A DNA stretch of 32,740 bases from Ministeria vibrans ATCC 50519 (Eukaryota > Protista > Filasterea): assembly GCA_943704425.1 (NCBI GenBank), contig CALSCP010000656.1:58457-91196 (forward strand), written 5' to 3'. A program made the position numbers and the translations under genes. The notes below the pieces were generated by a model, which was not told the DNA's origin, did no database searches, and worked only from the letters and a program-made list of their open reading frames with translations. Of this stretch, positions 1 through 16,766 are shown piece by piece. Every line of letters starts with the position of its first letter. The first letter of the stretch is position 1.

Positions 1-94
1 GGGGGGGGGGAAGCAAGTGATAGAAAGAGAGATCGAAACCAAATCTTGTGGTCCTGTTATTTACTAACTCATTTGATTCACTTCTTCCTTGCAG

Positions 95-1674
95 CAAGGA
101 CAGTATTCCTCCGCCGCCACCGGCGGGTCACCAATGGAAGGAAGTTGTGTGCAACCCAAGCGTGACCTGGCTGGCTGGCTGGGTGGAGAATGTGCAGAAC
201 CAGAACAAGTATGTTATGTTGAGTGCCATGTCACGTGTCAAGGGCGAAAACGACAAGAAGAAGTACGAGAAGGCGCGCGAGCTGAAGAAGTACATCAAGG
301 GTATTCGCAGACAGTACACAATCGACATGAAGGTACAAAAACTATAGTGTGGGTGCATCTTTTCTCATGCACTGACTTTTCTTCTCTAACACACACACAC
401 ACTTTCTTTCTCTATGTTCCTCTGTGTTCATCTCTCTCTATCACTTTGTTGCTTTCTCCCTCCTCTCTCTATTACTTTGTTTCTTTCTCCCTCCTCTCTC
501 TCACTTTGTTTCTTTCTCCCTCCTCTCGTTATCACTTTGTTTCTTTCTCCCTCCTCTCTCTCACTTTGTTTCTTTCTCCCTCCCTCCCTTCTTTCTCTCT
601 CTCTCTCTTCTTTTTTTTTGTAGGACAAGCAAATGGTGACCCGTCAACGCGCAACTGCTTTGCACTTGATTGACAAGCTTGCGCTGCGTTGTGGCAATGA
701 GAAGGACACTGAGGAGGAGGCGGACACGGTTGGCTGTTGCTCGCTGCGCTGTGAACACATTGACTTGCTCGATGGAAATGTTGTCAAGTTTGATTTTCTG
801 GGAAAAGACAGGTATCAACTTTTCTGACTCTCGACCTTTCCCTCGTGCTCACACTTCGTTTTCTGTAGCATTCGGTACTACAACGAAGTGGAAGTGGCGC
901 CGGACGTGTACAAGAACCTGAAGATCTTCAAGAAGAACAAGGATCCGTCAGACTTGCTGTTTGACCGGCTGACAACGTCGTCGCTGAACAAGCATCTACA
1001 CTCACTGATGGACGGACTGACGGCCAAGGTGTTCCGTACGTACAATGCGAGTGTGACGCTTGAGGAGCAGTTGGATGCGCTGACAACGACCGACGCAACC
1101 GTCGAGGGCAAAGTGGTCCAGTACAATGCGGCAAATCGCGCTGTAGCGCTTCTCTGTAACCATCAGAGGGCCGCACCAAAGACGTTTGACGCGCAAATGG
1201 AACGCATTGACGAAAAGATTGCCAACGTCCACAAAGAGGTACGCATTTCTTTTGTGAAGGGGGAGGGAGAGGCACATCGTGCAATATTGCTTCTTACACA
1301 CGCTTGTCGTGTAGACGAAAGAGGCGAAGAAGGAACTCAAGGCAATGGTCGACAAGAAGGGCGCGGAGCGCGAAAAGCTGAAGAAGAAGATTATGCGATT
1401 GAAGGAGAGGGAGTCGAAGATGGAACTGCTGAAGGAAGACAAGGTAAATGGTGGTCACCCCACTCGTTCGCTTACTTACTGACTGTTCTCCCCTCTGACT
1501 CAGATGGATAACAAAACAGTCGCACTCGGTACGTCAAAGCTCAACTACTGCGACCCGCGCATCACTTTTACGTGGACCAAAAAGCACGAAGTGCCTCACG
1601 AGAAGGTCTACAACAAGACCCTGCGCCAAAAGTTTGCCTGGGCCAACACTGTTGATAAGGACTGGCGATTCTGA
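95..1674 (+). CDS. TOP1: DNA topoisomerase IB, 3' portion (5' exons lie before the window)
   Basis: Exons 95-332, 624-811, 869-1238, 1315-1443, 1504-1674, all GT-AG and in frame. Motifs: [55 protein letters not shown], and catalytic-Tyr motif [13 protein letters not shown]. Ends WRF-TGA. Confidence 0.97.
441..585 (+). repeat. Intronic pyrimidine-rich minisatellite, about 5 units alternating 31 and 29 bp (TCACTTTGTTTCTTTCTCCCTCCTCTC..)
   Basis: Units start at 441, 472, 501, 532 and 561 inside TOP1 intron 333-623. No spacers between units. Confidence 0.9.
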
Positions 1675-1722
1675 AGAGTTGGCAATGTTTGTGATTGAGA
1701 GTGAATGAGTGAGAGTATATAT

Positions 1723-1726
<4 letters not shown>

Positions 1727-1782
<56 letters not shown>
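1727..1782. repeat. (TG)n microsatellite between the convergent TOP1 and IFT172 3' ends
   Basis: Perfect dinucleotide run. Confidence 0.95.
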
Positions 1783-1784
<2 letters not shown>

Positions 1785-1918
1785 TGATTGAGTGTCGTTA
1801 GAGGAGAGACAATGAATGAAAACCCGACTCAAAAACCAATATTAATTCAATAATAATCAATTAATAAATGGGTAATGTCTTGTTCTTCAATAATAATAAT
1901 CAATCACAACACACGGTT

Positions 1919-7886
<5,968 letters not shown>

Positions 7887-8017
7887 CCCTTGAAAAGACG
7901 TTGTTGACGAAGAGATCGAGAGACCCAAAGGGTTTGAGCGAGCAGAGGAATATGAATAATAATTCTTTTTATTAATTTATTTTATTTTGAATACAATAAT
8001 GTTGAAAAAGAGTTTTT

Positions 8018-9468
8018 CTAATTAGTTCCAATCCGGAAACCATACTGACGCGTACCCCTCCCCCGCACCACGGCACGGTTGGGCTGCTCGGTAAACACAA
8101 TATCAACGACATCAGCGTCCTCGTACACACGGAAGAGGCCCTCGGGACAGTAGGTGAGGCGTCGGGGGTTGTCGCACGCCAGACCCGTCAGCAAGTCCAG
8201 TCGTTCTCCGCCACTCGTCAGCACACTCACTGTCTCGGTGCTCGGCGGGATCCGTTCGCCCGTGCGCGCATCGCGACCCACATTCAACGCATCAGGATGT
8301 GTCACCTTGGTGAGTCCCACGAAACCCTGCGAGCCGGCAAAGTAGCCGGTGCAAAAGGATTGCAGGCCCTGACTGTTGCCTGGTAGAGTCACCAGGGTGA
8401 TATTCAGATAGGAAAACCACTCAAACTGCTTGCGTTCCTCACTCCACAGCTCAATGGGCTCGTCAAGGGTGATCAGTAGAATGAACAGAACGTCCATCGC
8501 AGCCCAATGTCGCAAGTCCCATCTAAATGAGACCACATGAACAAAAGTCAACACACTCTTTGTCAACACACCCTTTATGTCTCTGTGTCTGACTCGATCT
8601 CTCTTACGAATGATCGCGAAACATTCCGCCGCCCAAAGTTGTCGTCGTAGTCCCATCAAGAGTAATGGAGCCCTCAAATTCACCGTATTGTTCCATGTGG
8701 CAGCGCGAGACACGCGAACGCTGTGAGACGGCAGAGAAGAAGGCGCGCGACCACCTGTCTGATGCAAGGTTGGTGCCGAGCAGTCGCGCATCCTCGTCGC
8801 GCCCATACACGTAGTCTGGCGTGCGTGCGGTAAACGTGATCTGCATCGAGACGGCAACTTGGGAGCCGCTCTGCGATGTCACAGGTCCATCTGAGAGGGC
8901 GAAAAAAAAAAGAAAAAGAGGGTGTTTGTGGTTTGGAGATCATCTAACAAATAACAAACAATAACAGTGCGCAATTCAAGGACATACCGTATGTCAGTCG
9001 CCAGACGCTCAGGGGCGCCTCGCACTCAAACGAAAGCCCAACACACTTTAACGTGTTGTTGGTCATGGCCGTGGGGATGCTGTCGCGCTCGACGGCGTAG
9101 CTTGTGCCGTCCAAGTGGACACAAAGAAACACAAAGGAGAGCGCGCCGGAACTTCCGCGCCGCGCCATCCGCGCCAGAACGCGATTCCCGGTGTGCCGGT
9201 CCTCGCCATTGAAGTAGTAGCTCTCGTTCCACCACTGGCTCGCTTCTGGCTCGTGAAAGCCCTCAAAGGCGGCCGGTACGCGGCGTTTCTTGCTTTCGCG
9301 TCGTTTGCCCAAACTTGCCAGAAAGATTGCCACTGAGTTCTTCCAGCGAGCTCCTCCGTACGGGCCCATCACACGACCAAGTGCATCCTTTTGCGGCGAA
9401 GGGGTTCCTCGCGCATACAAGATGAGCGCACAAGCAGCAGCGAGTGCAGTGACAAACAGTGCGATCAT
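8018..9468 (-). CDS. Uncharacterised 422-aa protein: N-terminal signal/TM anchor plus WNESYYF...RDHSW domain (probably AttH/CrtC/tocopherol-cyclase-like beta-barrel)
   Basis: Exons 9468-8988, 8890-8608, 8522-8018 join in frame. Splicing of the second intron creates FRDHSWDLRHW. Hydrophobic start MIALFVTALAAACALILY. Also HMEQYGEFEGSI. The family call comes from motif recall only. Confidence 0.7.
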
Positions 9469-9562
9469 GACTAAACTAATTGTTAAAAGTTGAAACTGTC
9501 CAAAGTTAAAAGTTGAAACGTTAGTCATATTCGTCAATTTTTCTCAGGTTGTTTTTGAAAAC

Positions 9563-11272
9563 ATGTGGCGATCGGTAGTGAGTGTGGTCGGACGAGCTTC
9601 GGTGCGGCCGCTAGTCTCGCACGCGTCTTTGCGCTGTGCTGGTCGTGCTGTCCATGTGAACGCGCCAGGCGCGCGAATTCCCATCCCTAGGCGATTCAGT
9701 GGTGTCTGTGGGCTTGGTGGAGTGGGTAAGACCCGCTCAGTGACTTGCAAACGACTTATCTTGCTTCTCCTTTAACTTTCCGGCATTTTCTTTTTTTTTT
9801 TCTTTTTTTTTTTTCTCGTTTTCGCTTCTGACGTCTCTCCCAGTCGGCATGCGCTCGCTACACTCTACTTCGGCACGCGACGCAACCAAACGAGACTACT
9901 ATGAAGTGTTGGGCGTGCCAAAGAGCGCCACCGACGTAAGGAACATCCACAAAACGACAGAGAATGAGAGAGAGAGTGTGTGTGTGTGTCTCAGAGACCC
10001 ATAGTAATAATTTCTCTCTCTTTCCTTTTCTCTCCTTTGTGTGTAGGCGGAAGTCAAAAAGGCATACTACGTTAAGGCGAAACAGTACCATCCCGACACG
10101 AACAAGGATGCAGACGCTCAGAAGAAGTTCACAGAGGTCGCGGAGGCGTTTGAGGTGTTGCAGGACCAAGACAAGCGCAAGATGTACGATCAGTACGGAC
10201 ACGGTGCGGAGGACTTTACCAACAGCAGCGGTGGCGGCGGCGGCGGAGGCGGGCATCCGTTTGGTGCTGGGTTTGATGGGCACGGTAGTTTCACGGACGC
10301 CGAGGACCTCTTCCGACAGTTTAGCAGCATGTTTGGACAGCAAGGGTCCGATCCATTTGGTACGTCGTCGGGCGGCTCGAAGCGCGAAGGATCGCATTTG
10401 CAGGTGAATCTGCGACTCAGTTTCAACGAGGCAGTACATGGGTGCACCAAGGACATTTCGTTCATGGGGCAGGCCAAGTGTTCGCCGTGCTCCGGCACGG
10501 GTGCCGCCAAGGGCACCAAACCCACCAGGTGCAGCAACTGCAACGGCCAAGGCTACGAGTTTGTCACCAGCGGCTTCTACCGTGTCCAGTCGACGTGTCG
10601 TGCGTGCGGAGGCGAAGGCGAGAAGCTCACCGACCCTTGTTCGTCCTGCCGCGGCACAGGGCGCCTCAAAAAGGCACAGACAGTGGAGTGTGTCATTCCA
10701 GCGGGTACCCACAATAGAATTTTGTGTGTGTGTGTGTGTCTGACAGTGATGGGTTTAGGCGTTGACAATGGTACGGACATCCGCTTGGCGGGTCAGGGCA
10801 ATGCGGGCACTCGCGGGGGACCTGCCGGTCACCTCTATGTCCATTTGGAGGTCACTCCCAGTCCCGTTTTTACTCGAAAGGGCTCGGATGTCTTTATCGA
10901 CCAAAAGATATCCATTGCACAGGTGAAAAAAAAAAACAGAGAGACGCAAAGAGAGATTCATATGTTACTAATACTGAATTATGTTGAAAGGCTGTCTTGG
11001 GCGGAAGCACTCACGTCCAAACAATCAACGGCGAAATCAAACTCAAAGTAACAAAAGAATATAATTATGATGATATTTTATTTTGTTCTTATTGTGTTCT
11101 TATTATTGATGTTGTTCTTATTATCACTTACACAACGTTATGGCTCATTTAGATTCCAGAGGGAACGGGACATGGCGAAAAGCTGCGACTGAGGGGCCGA
11201 GGGATCCGCAAACCCAACTCAAAGAACTCAGGCGACCAGTTTGTCACGTTCCTCATTGACATTCCGACGTAT

Positions 11273-11346
<74 letters not shown>

Positions 11347-11664
11347 TTTATAGTGACAATGATGAGTCTTGTTTTATTGACTCACACCTCTTTTCTTATT
11401 TTCTTATTTAGGCGTCTTTCGACTGCACAGCAGACGGTGTTCCAGCAACTGGCGCGACTGGAGAAGCGCAAAACGGGCGATGTGAACATGGGCTCATCCT
11501 CATCTTCGTCGGCCTCCGCTTCTTCCAATGGTGCCGGAGGATCTGGTGCATCCAAGAACGGAAAGAACGGTGCGACCGACGGGTCGGGTGGGCTGTTCCG
11601 TCGCCTCAAGAAGAAGATTGTGGGCGAGGAGAACAACGAAGAACCGCAAGCCAGACACGGTTGA
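9563..11664 (+). CDS. DNAJA3: Mitochondrial type I DnaJ/Hsp40 (DNAJA3/Tid1/Mdj1-like), about 500 aa
   Basis: Exons 9563-9725, 9844-9935, 10047-10704, 10759-10922, 10991-11047, 11153-11268, 11412-11664. Arg/Ser-rich presequence ending RSLHSTS, J-domain DYYEVLGV...YHPD, G/F region, four CxxCxGxG motifs, C-terminal IPAGVDNG and GDQFV. Confidence 0.93.
11274..11344. repeat. (CA)n microsatellite in the last DNAJA3 intron
   Basis: Direct sequence. Confidence 0.95.
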
Positions 11665-11866
11665 GTCAAATGGGTCACTCACTTCGCACACATATACCAC
11701 ATCACACACTCACACTCCTTTGTAAAGTTCAAATATATTCCCTTTTTTTTCAACTTTTTTTCTCTAAACTCTCCATTTACAACAATTCTCTTTTAACCTG
11801 CTCTCCGTGGCGGTCGGTGGCTCAGTCTCCCTCGTCTCCCTGGCGTTATTTCTGCCCCCCAGCGCA

Positions 11867-12832
11867 ATGAGTTGGTCCTGGACGAATTCACCCGACAGTC
11901 CGCTCGACCTGCCGCCCACGGGCATGGGCCTCACCGCCTTTAACCTGGGCCAACAAGAAGACCTTGATGGTAAGAATCATCGCAAAATATCGCCAGATAA
12001 TCACCTCCTGTGTCCACGTTTAAAAAATCGACAAAATGACGCGTTTTCGTCTCGTTCGTATCGTTTCATTATCGTTTTTTTTTCTTTTTTTTTTCGACAA
12101 TTCGAAGATTTTCTGTCGCAAGCTCCGATAGATTCAGCCTTTCGGTTTTACATGTATATTTCTATTTCGTGTGTTGGTTGAGAGATCATGAAAGTTCCAG
12201 AGACAGAAAAAAGAGACGGAAAACAAAAAAATGTTGTTCGTCACCCTCAAATCAACACTATCTCATCTACAGAGGTTTTCGACAATCTTATCGCCAATTC
12301 CGACCGGCCACTGTTGCACACGGCTGGTGATGCGGCCCAACCTGAATCGGCTACGGGTCAAGCGGGAGTGAGTTTTGATACAGTTGAAAATGACCAGTCG
12401 GCCAACTCGTCAACATCCCAAATCACCCCACAGCTATCGTCGGTGTTACTGGCACCGCCCTCCGTCGTCGTCGACTCGGCCACACCCCAGGCGCAGCACG
12501 TTCAAGCCCAATCTGGCCCTGACGAGGACCAAATCACCCAAGAACACTCTGAGCCTGTCATTGGCGCTCCAGCAGGTGTTTCCGCACAAGCGTCCGGTAA
12601 TAAGACGCGCAAAAAGAGAGAAAAAAGACTTGATCTGCCCTCTTGTTTCTCCACAGCTGGCGTTAACGTTGATGCGTTGCAGAGGAGCTTTCCCAGCCTT
12701 CAGGTTCTTCCACGCGCCCCTGTGGTTCAGACTCTTCCATTCAGCCCAGGCTCCGACGATGAAGATGACCCCAGTGATGATGATGCCATTGAGCGCGTTA
12801 TGAATAGCGGCACAAACTCAAGTAAGCGAAAC

Positions 12833-12869
<37 letters not shown>

Positions 12870-14004
12870 TATTATTATTATTAATTTTTATTATTATTAT
12901 TATTATAATAATCGCGTCTTATTAAAATTTTAACGCAGGGTTTTTTACAAGTCAAAGCTTGTCGAAAATCATCATGTCGAAACTACCACAGCAGAGTGAG
13001 TTTGAGACAAAGCCCTTTCGATTCAATGAGACGCTGCCAAGCAACACGTCAAGTGCATCACGTACCGCGCGTGGCAGCCATTCATCCGCACTGCACGAGA
13101 GATTTAGCCCATACAACGCCACAGGACGAACACCAGCGAGTCGCCATGCTTCGACAACGTCCTTCTCGACCGACAACCTGCACGAGCATGATACCAATGC
13201 GGGTTCTGACATGAGGGAGCCAGCATGCGCGCAGACTTATATGCCCGAGCTGCAGACCTCCCCAAATAGCACCGGAAACGACAATTTGACTAACCCCAAT
13301 GTTGTCGTTGGATGCGATCACTTTCTGCCCTTCATTGTTCGCACGGTTGGAAACAAGCGCGATAGCAATTACTTACGTGGCATTGGAATGGTAAATCACG
13401 TCCAGGAGACGGTTCGTATGCACATCTCCTGTCTTACCACAATTCCACGAAAGGTAAAATTATAATAATAATAATAACAATAATAATAATAATAAGACGT
13501 ATTATTATTATTATTAATTATTTGTACCACTTAATATTGCAGAGCGTTCGAACGCCACTAAAGGGCGAGGACGTGCTACACGAAGCACTTGCAGAAGACT
13601 CTGGCATGGTATCATTATTTCCAACCTTTACATCGTGGGCGAAAATCATGCAAAATGAGTGTGTGTGCGGACCGGCCCGCAACGGCGACACCAAGCTGAA
13701 CATCAATGTGTCGGGTTCGCGACCGCTACCAACACTCAAAGTTGCACGTGTGTGTCCTTCCGACCCCACGCAGGGTGTGTTTGCCTTCACCTGCTCTCAA
13801 TTGCGCAAGTGCGGATCTCTTCCTTTACCCCCCGATGGTTCCCACTACCAAATGGTGAGCTTTTTCCGCGCACCACGGCTCTCTTCGGCACACTGGGCCC
13901 AGTACATGGACAAAAGCACGGGCGTTCATCAGCGCTTTCCACTTCTTGGCTATTTTGATGTGACGATCATTCATATGCTACGATACAAAATCGAACGGCA
14001 GTAA
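11867..14004 (+). CDS. Orphan 542-aa protein: long acidic/Ser/Pro-rich N-terminus with basic NLS-like KTRKKREKR, and an about 230-aa Cys-containing beta-rich C-terminal domain
   Basis: Exons 11867-11969, 12273-12821, 12939-13453, 13543-14004 have phase-compatible GT-AG introns and link four separate ORFs into one frame (1629 nt). Confidence 0.75.
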
Positions 14005-14280
14005 AAAATAAGTCATTATAAGAAGTCAGGAACAAAGTCTAAATCCTGAATGCAGAATAAGAGGAATAGAGGACAGTGACAACTGACAACACCTACAAGT
14101 CACAAGTGAGACGACTCAGACGACACGTGCATTTGTGTTCTGTGGTGACTGTAATAAATTAATACAATTATATCAATAATCAACATTCAATTGAGAACAC
14201 ACTCCTCTTTACTCTCTTTCGCACTCGCCCGCCCCCCTTCGCCCTCCCACACGCACGACACAGGCCCCTCTCGCCTGTTC

Positions 14281-14487
14281 ATGTCCCAAGTAGGCTGTCC
14301 CCGTGCCCTCCACCACACAGCCAGTCTCATCGCGTCTCTCCTTCCGTCTCCTCTTCTCCTTCTTAGGTCTCACGCGCTTTTTTGGATCAAGCAGTTGGAA
14401 ATGTACGCTCCGTCTCCACCATCGCGCGTCGCTGGGCCATCCCGCGTCCCTATAGCACGCCTGCACTCTCGTCAGCTCACGCAACTT

Positions 14488-14528
<41 letters not shown>

Positions 14529-14873
14529 TTTTTTTTATAGCGCATTCGCATTCGTCTGAGCGACGGACGACTCCTCTGCGGCCTTCTTGCGTGCACCGAC
14601 CGCGACTGCAACCTCATTGTGTCGCACACCGTCGACCTGCGCCACCGTCTCCCCAAGGCACCCGCAGACAGCGCCAAGGACATCCGTAGTCTTGGCACGG
14701 TTATGATCGCTGGCGTCCACATCGTCTCTCTTGATCTTCCTTCCGACTTTGCCCCGTCAGCAGCAGCAGCAGCCGCCGCCGCCACCACCACCACCTCACC
14801 CACACCCGACACCCACTCGTCCACCTCCCCTTGCTCCTACTCTCCCGCCACCGCCGAAGACCAATGCAAGTAG
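14281..14873 (+). CDS. NAA38: Sm-like NatC auxiliary subunit NAA38/LSMD1/Mak31, 125 aa
   Basis: Exons 14281-14289, 14367-14402, 14541-14873 give MSQVSRAFLDQAVGNRIRIRLSDGRLLCGLLACTDRDCNLIVSHT...RSLGTVMIAGVHIVSLD. This matches the NAA38 pattern [26 protein letters not shown]...RVLGLAMVPGHHIVSIE. A low-complexity A/T/S/P tail follows. The two micro-exons are less certain than exon 3. Confidence 0.88.
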
Positions 14874-16312
14874 TGGCGCAGGACTCGTCGTCCGCCGCCC
14901 GATGTGCGCTCGTCCGCTTTCGTGGCGGAGCAACCACCCTCGAAACACCCGGCTACCTTGCCTACACCCACCGGGCAACTCTGCCCCACCTTACCGCCGA
15001 CAATCTCGCTCTTTTACCGCCCCCTTCAGCAATCAATTTTACCATTGCAAGTTGTGTCGAGAAGCCATCGCTAGACATTCTCAATGCGTATGGTCGAGGC
15101 ATCGCTGAATTCACTCACCTTGAGGTACAACTTGTTTAATGAGAAAGAGAGAGGGAGAGCAAAAGAAACAAAGTTGAGAGGGAGAAAGAAAAAAAAACAA
15201 AAAAAGGAGAAAGACACAGAGTGATAGAAAATTTGTTTTTGTGTTAATGACTATTGACGATCTTTCCTCTCACTCTAGCGCTACCCATCGCTTCTGAGCA
15301 TCCACGACATGTGCCGTGATGTACCCTCACAGTCATCGCGCAAGACGGGCGTGAGCGTCGAGGGCGCGTGTGGGCGCCGTCTCATCACCGTCGACCATCT
15401 CATTGCCACCTCACGTGCGTTCCACCCCGACATAATCGTCTCGCCAGGCGATGTCCTTGTCCCTGGACCCGCCACCACCAAACGTAACACCACCTCTGTG
15501 ACGCGTACGAGCGCATTTCTTGCAGAGACCCTTGATCGTCTTTCGGAGCAGCAGACAAAACCGCTCGTGTTTGCATCGATTGTGGGCCACACTAGCGCAC
15601 CCTTTCGCACTCAGTCTGCCACGAACGCAGCACAGCACGCGTCACAGCTCACAGGGTTCTTTATTGAAGGCCTTGCTCGTCACCCACTTCTGACGCACAC
15701 ACAGCGTACCGAGCTTCTCCGTGAGACTCTCAGTGTGCTCCCGCGCGACACTCACCTCTGCGCCGCCGATGGATGCAGCCACCCACGCGCCATTGTCGAC
15801 GCCATCGCGTGCGGTGTCGATCTGTTTGACTCGTTCTACGCCCACGAAGCTACCGAACGCGGCGCAGCCCTTCTCTTCCCCATCTCCGTGAACAGCAGCA
15901 GCAACAGCGGCAGCAGCACTAGTACTAGTACTAGTGGTAGTAGCAGTAGTGACACACTCGACCTGACTGACCCGTCCTTTGTCACGGACATGCGGCCCAT
16001 TCTGCCTCACTGCCCCTGCCACGCATGCACCAACTACTCCCGCGCCTACATTCACCATCTCCTTCTTACAAAAGAACTTCTGGCAGGTGTGCTCCTCTCT
16101 ATGTAAGCCACTCACTCTCACACACACAAACCATTCACTTACTGTCAAACCTTTGTTCTAGGCACAACTTGCACCACTTTGGCTCCTTTTTTGTCTCTCT
16201 TCGCTCTGCTATTTCTTCTGGGTCCTTTGACTCTCTCCGTACTCACATCCACTCTTACTTTGACTCACTCAACGACAAAAGCAGCTCACAAGAACAAAAA
16301 GAAGAAGAGTAA
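14864..16312 (+). CDS. QTRT2: Queuine tRNA-ribosyltransferase accessory (non-catalytic) subunit, 411 aa
   Basis: Exons 14864-15124, 15279-16102, 16162-16312. N-terminal AR...LETPGYLAYTHRATLPHLTAD; GVDLFDS; Zn site CPCHAC...YIHHLLLTKELLAGVLLSMHN. It lacks the QTRT1 catalytic DSGG motif. Confidence 0.92.
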
Positions 16313-16766
16313 AAGAAATGAACATAAAAATATATCGTTATCATCCATCTCTTAAATGGTATGTGTAAAGAAAGGCGTTAAGAAACACCGGTGGGCGAAA
16401 TAGGGGGGGGGTTTTTTTGGGTTTTTTTTTGTGTTTTTTTGTTTTTTGTGTTTGTTTTTTGTTTTTTTTTGTTGCTTTTTTGTGGTGTAATAATATATCA
16501 CTTACCTCACTTACCAAATTTGTTGTTTTCGCCATTTCCGGTCGGTTCCAGACCACTGTCGGGTGTTGGTTGGTCGTTGCACAACGCACACACATACACG
16601 TATAACACACAAGTGTGTCGTGTCCCAAAGTAAAAGCGCGTCACTCAGTTTCATTCGCTCTTTGTCGTTTGTTTTGATCACCCCCAAGTCAAAACATTGA
16701 GAGGAAAAAACAAAGCGAAAAAAAAGAAACGAAAAAGAGGAGCAGCAGTGAATAGAGCAAAAGCAT

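Noticed and set aside
441-585. About 30-bp repeats as a CRISPR array
   Set aside because: The units are contiguous with no unique spacers, low complexity, inside a spliceosomal intron, with no cas genes.
7887-8017. RFX X-box upstream of ciliary IFT172
   Set aside because: No convincing GTTNCC-AT-GGNAAC-like palindrome in the 131-bp spacer.
11269-11411. Possible U12-type intron (donor GTATCC)
   Set aside because: The donor continues AC rather than TT, and no TCCTTAAC-type branch point is visible.
14401-14470. ATG at 14401 as the NAA38 start (MYAPSPP...)
   Set aside because: Splicing from GT 14471 is out of phase with the Sm exon. The 14281/14367 micro-exon model supplies the expected N-terminal helix (AFLDQAVGN).
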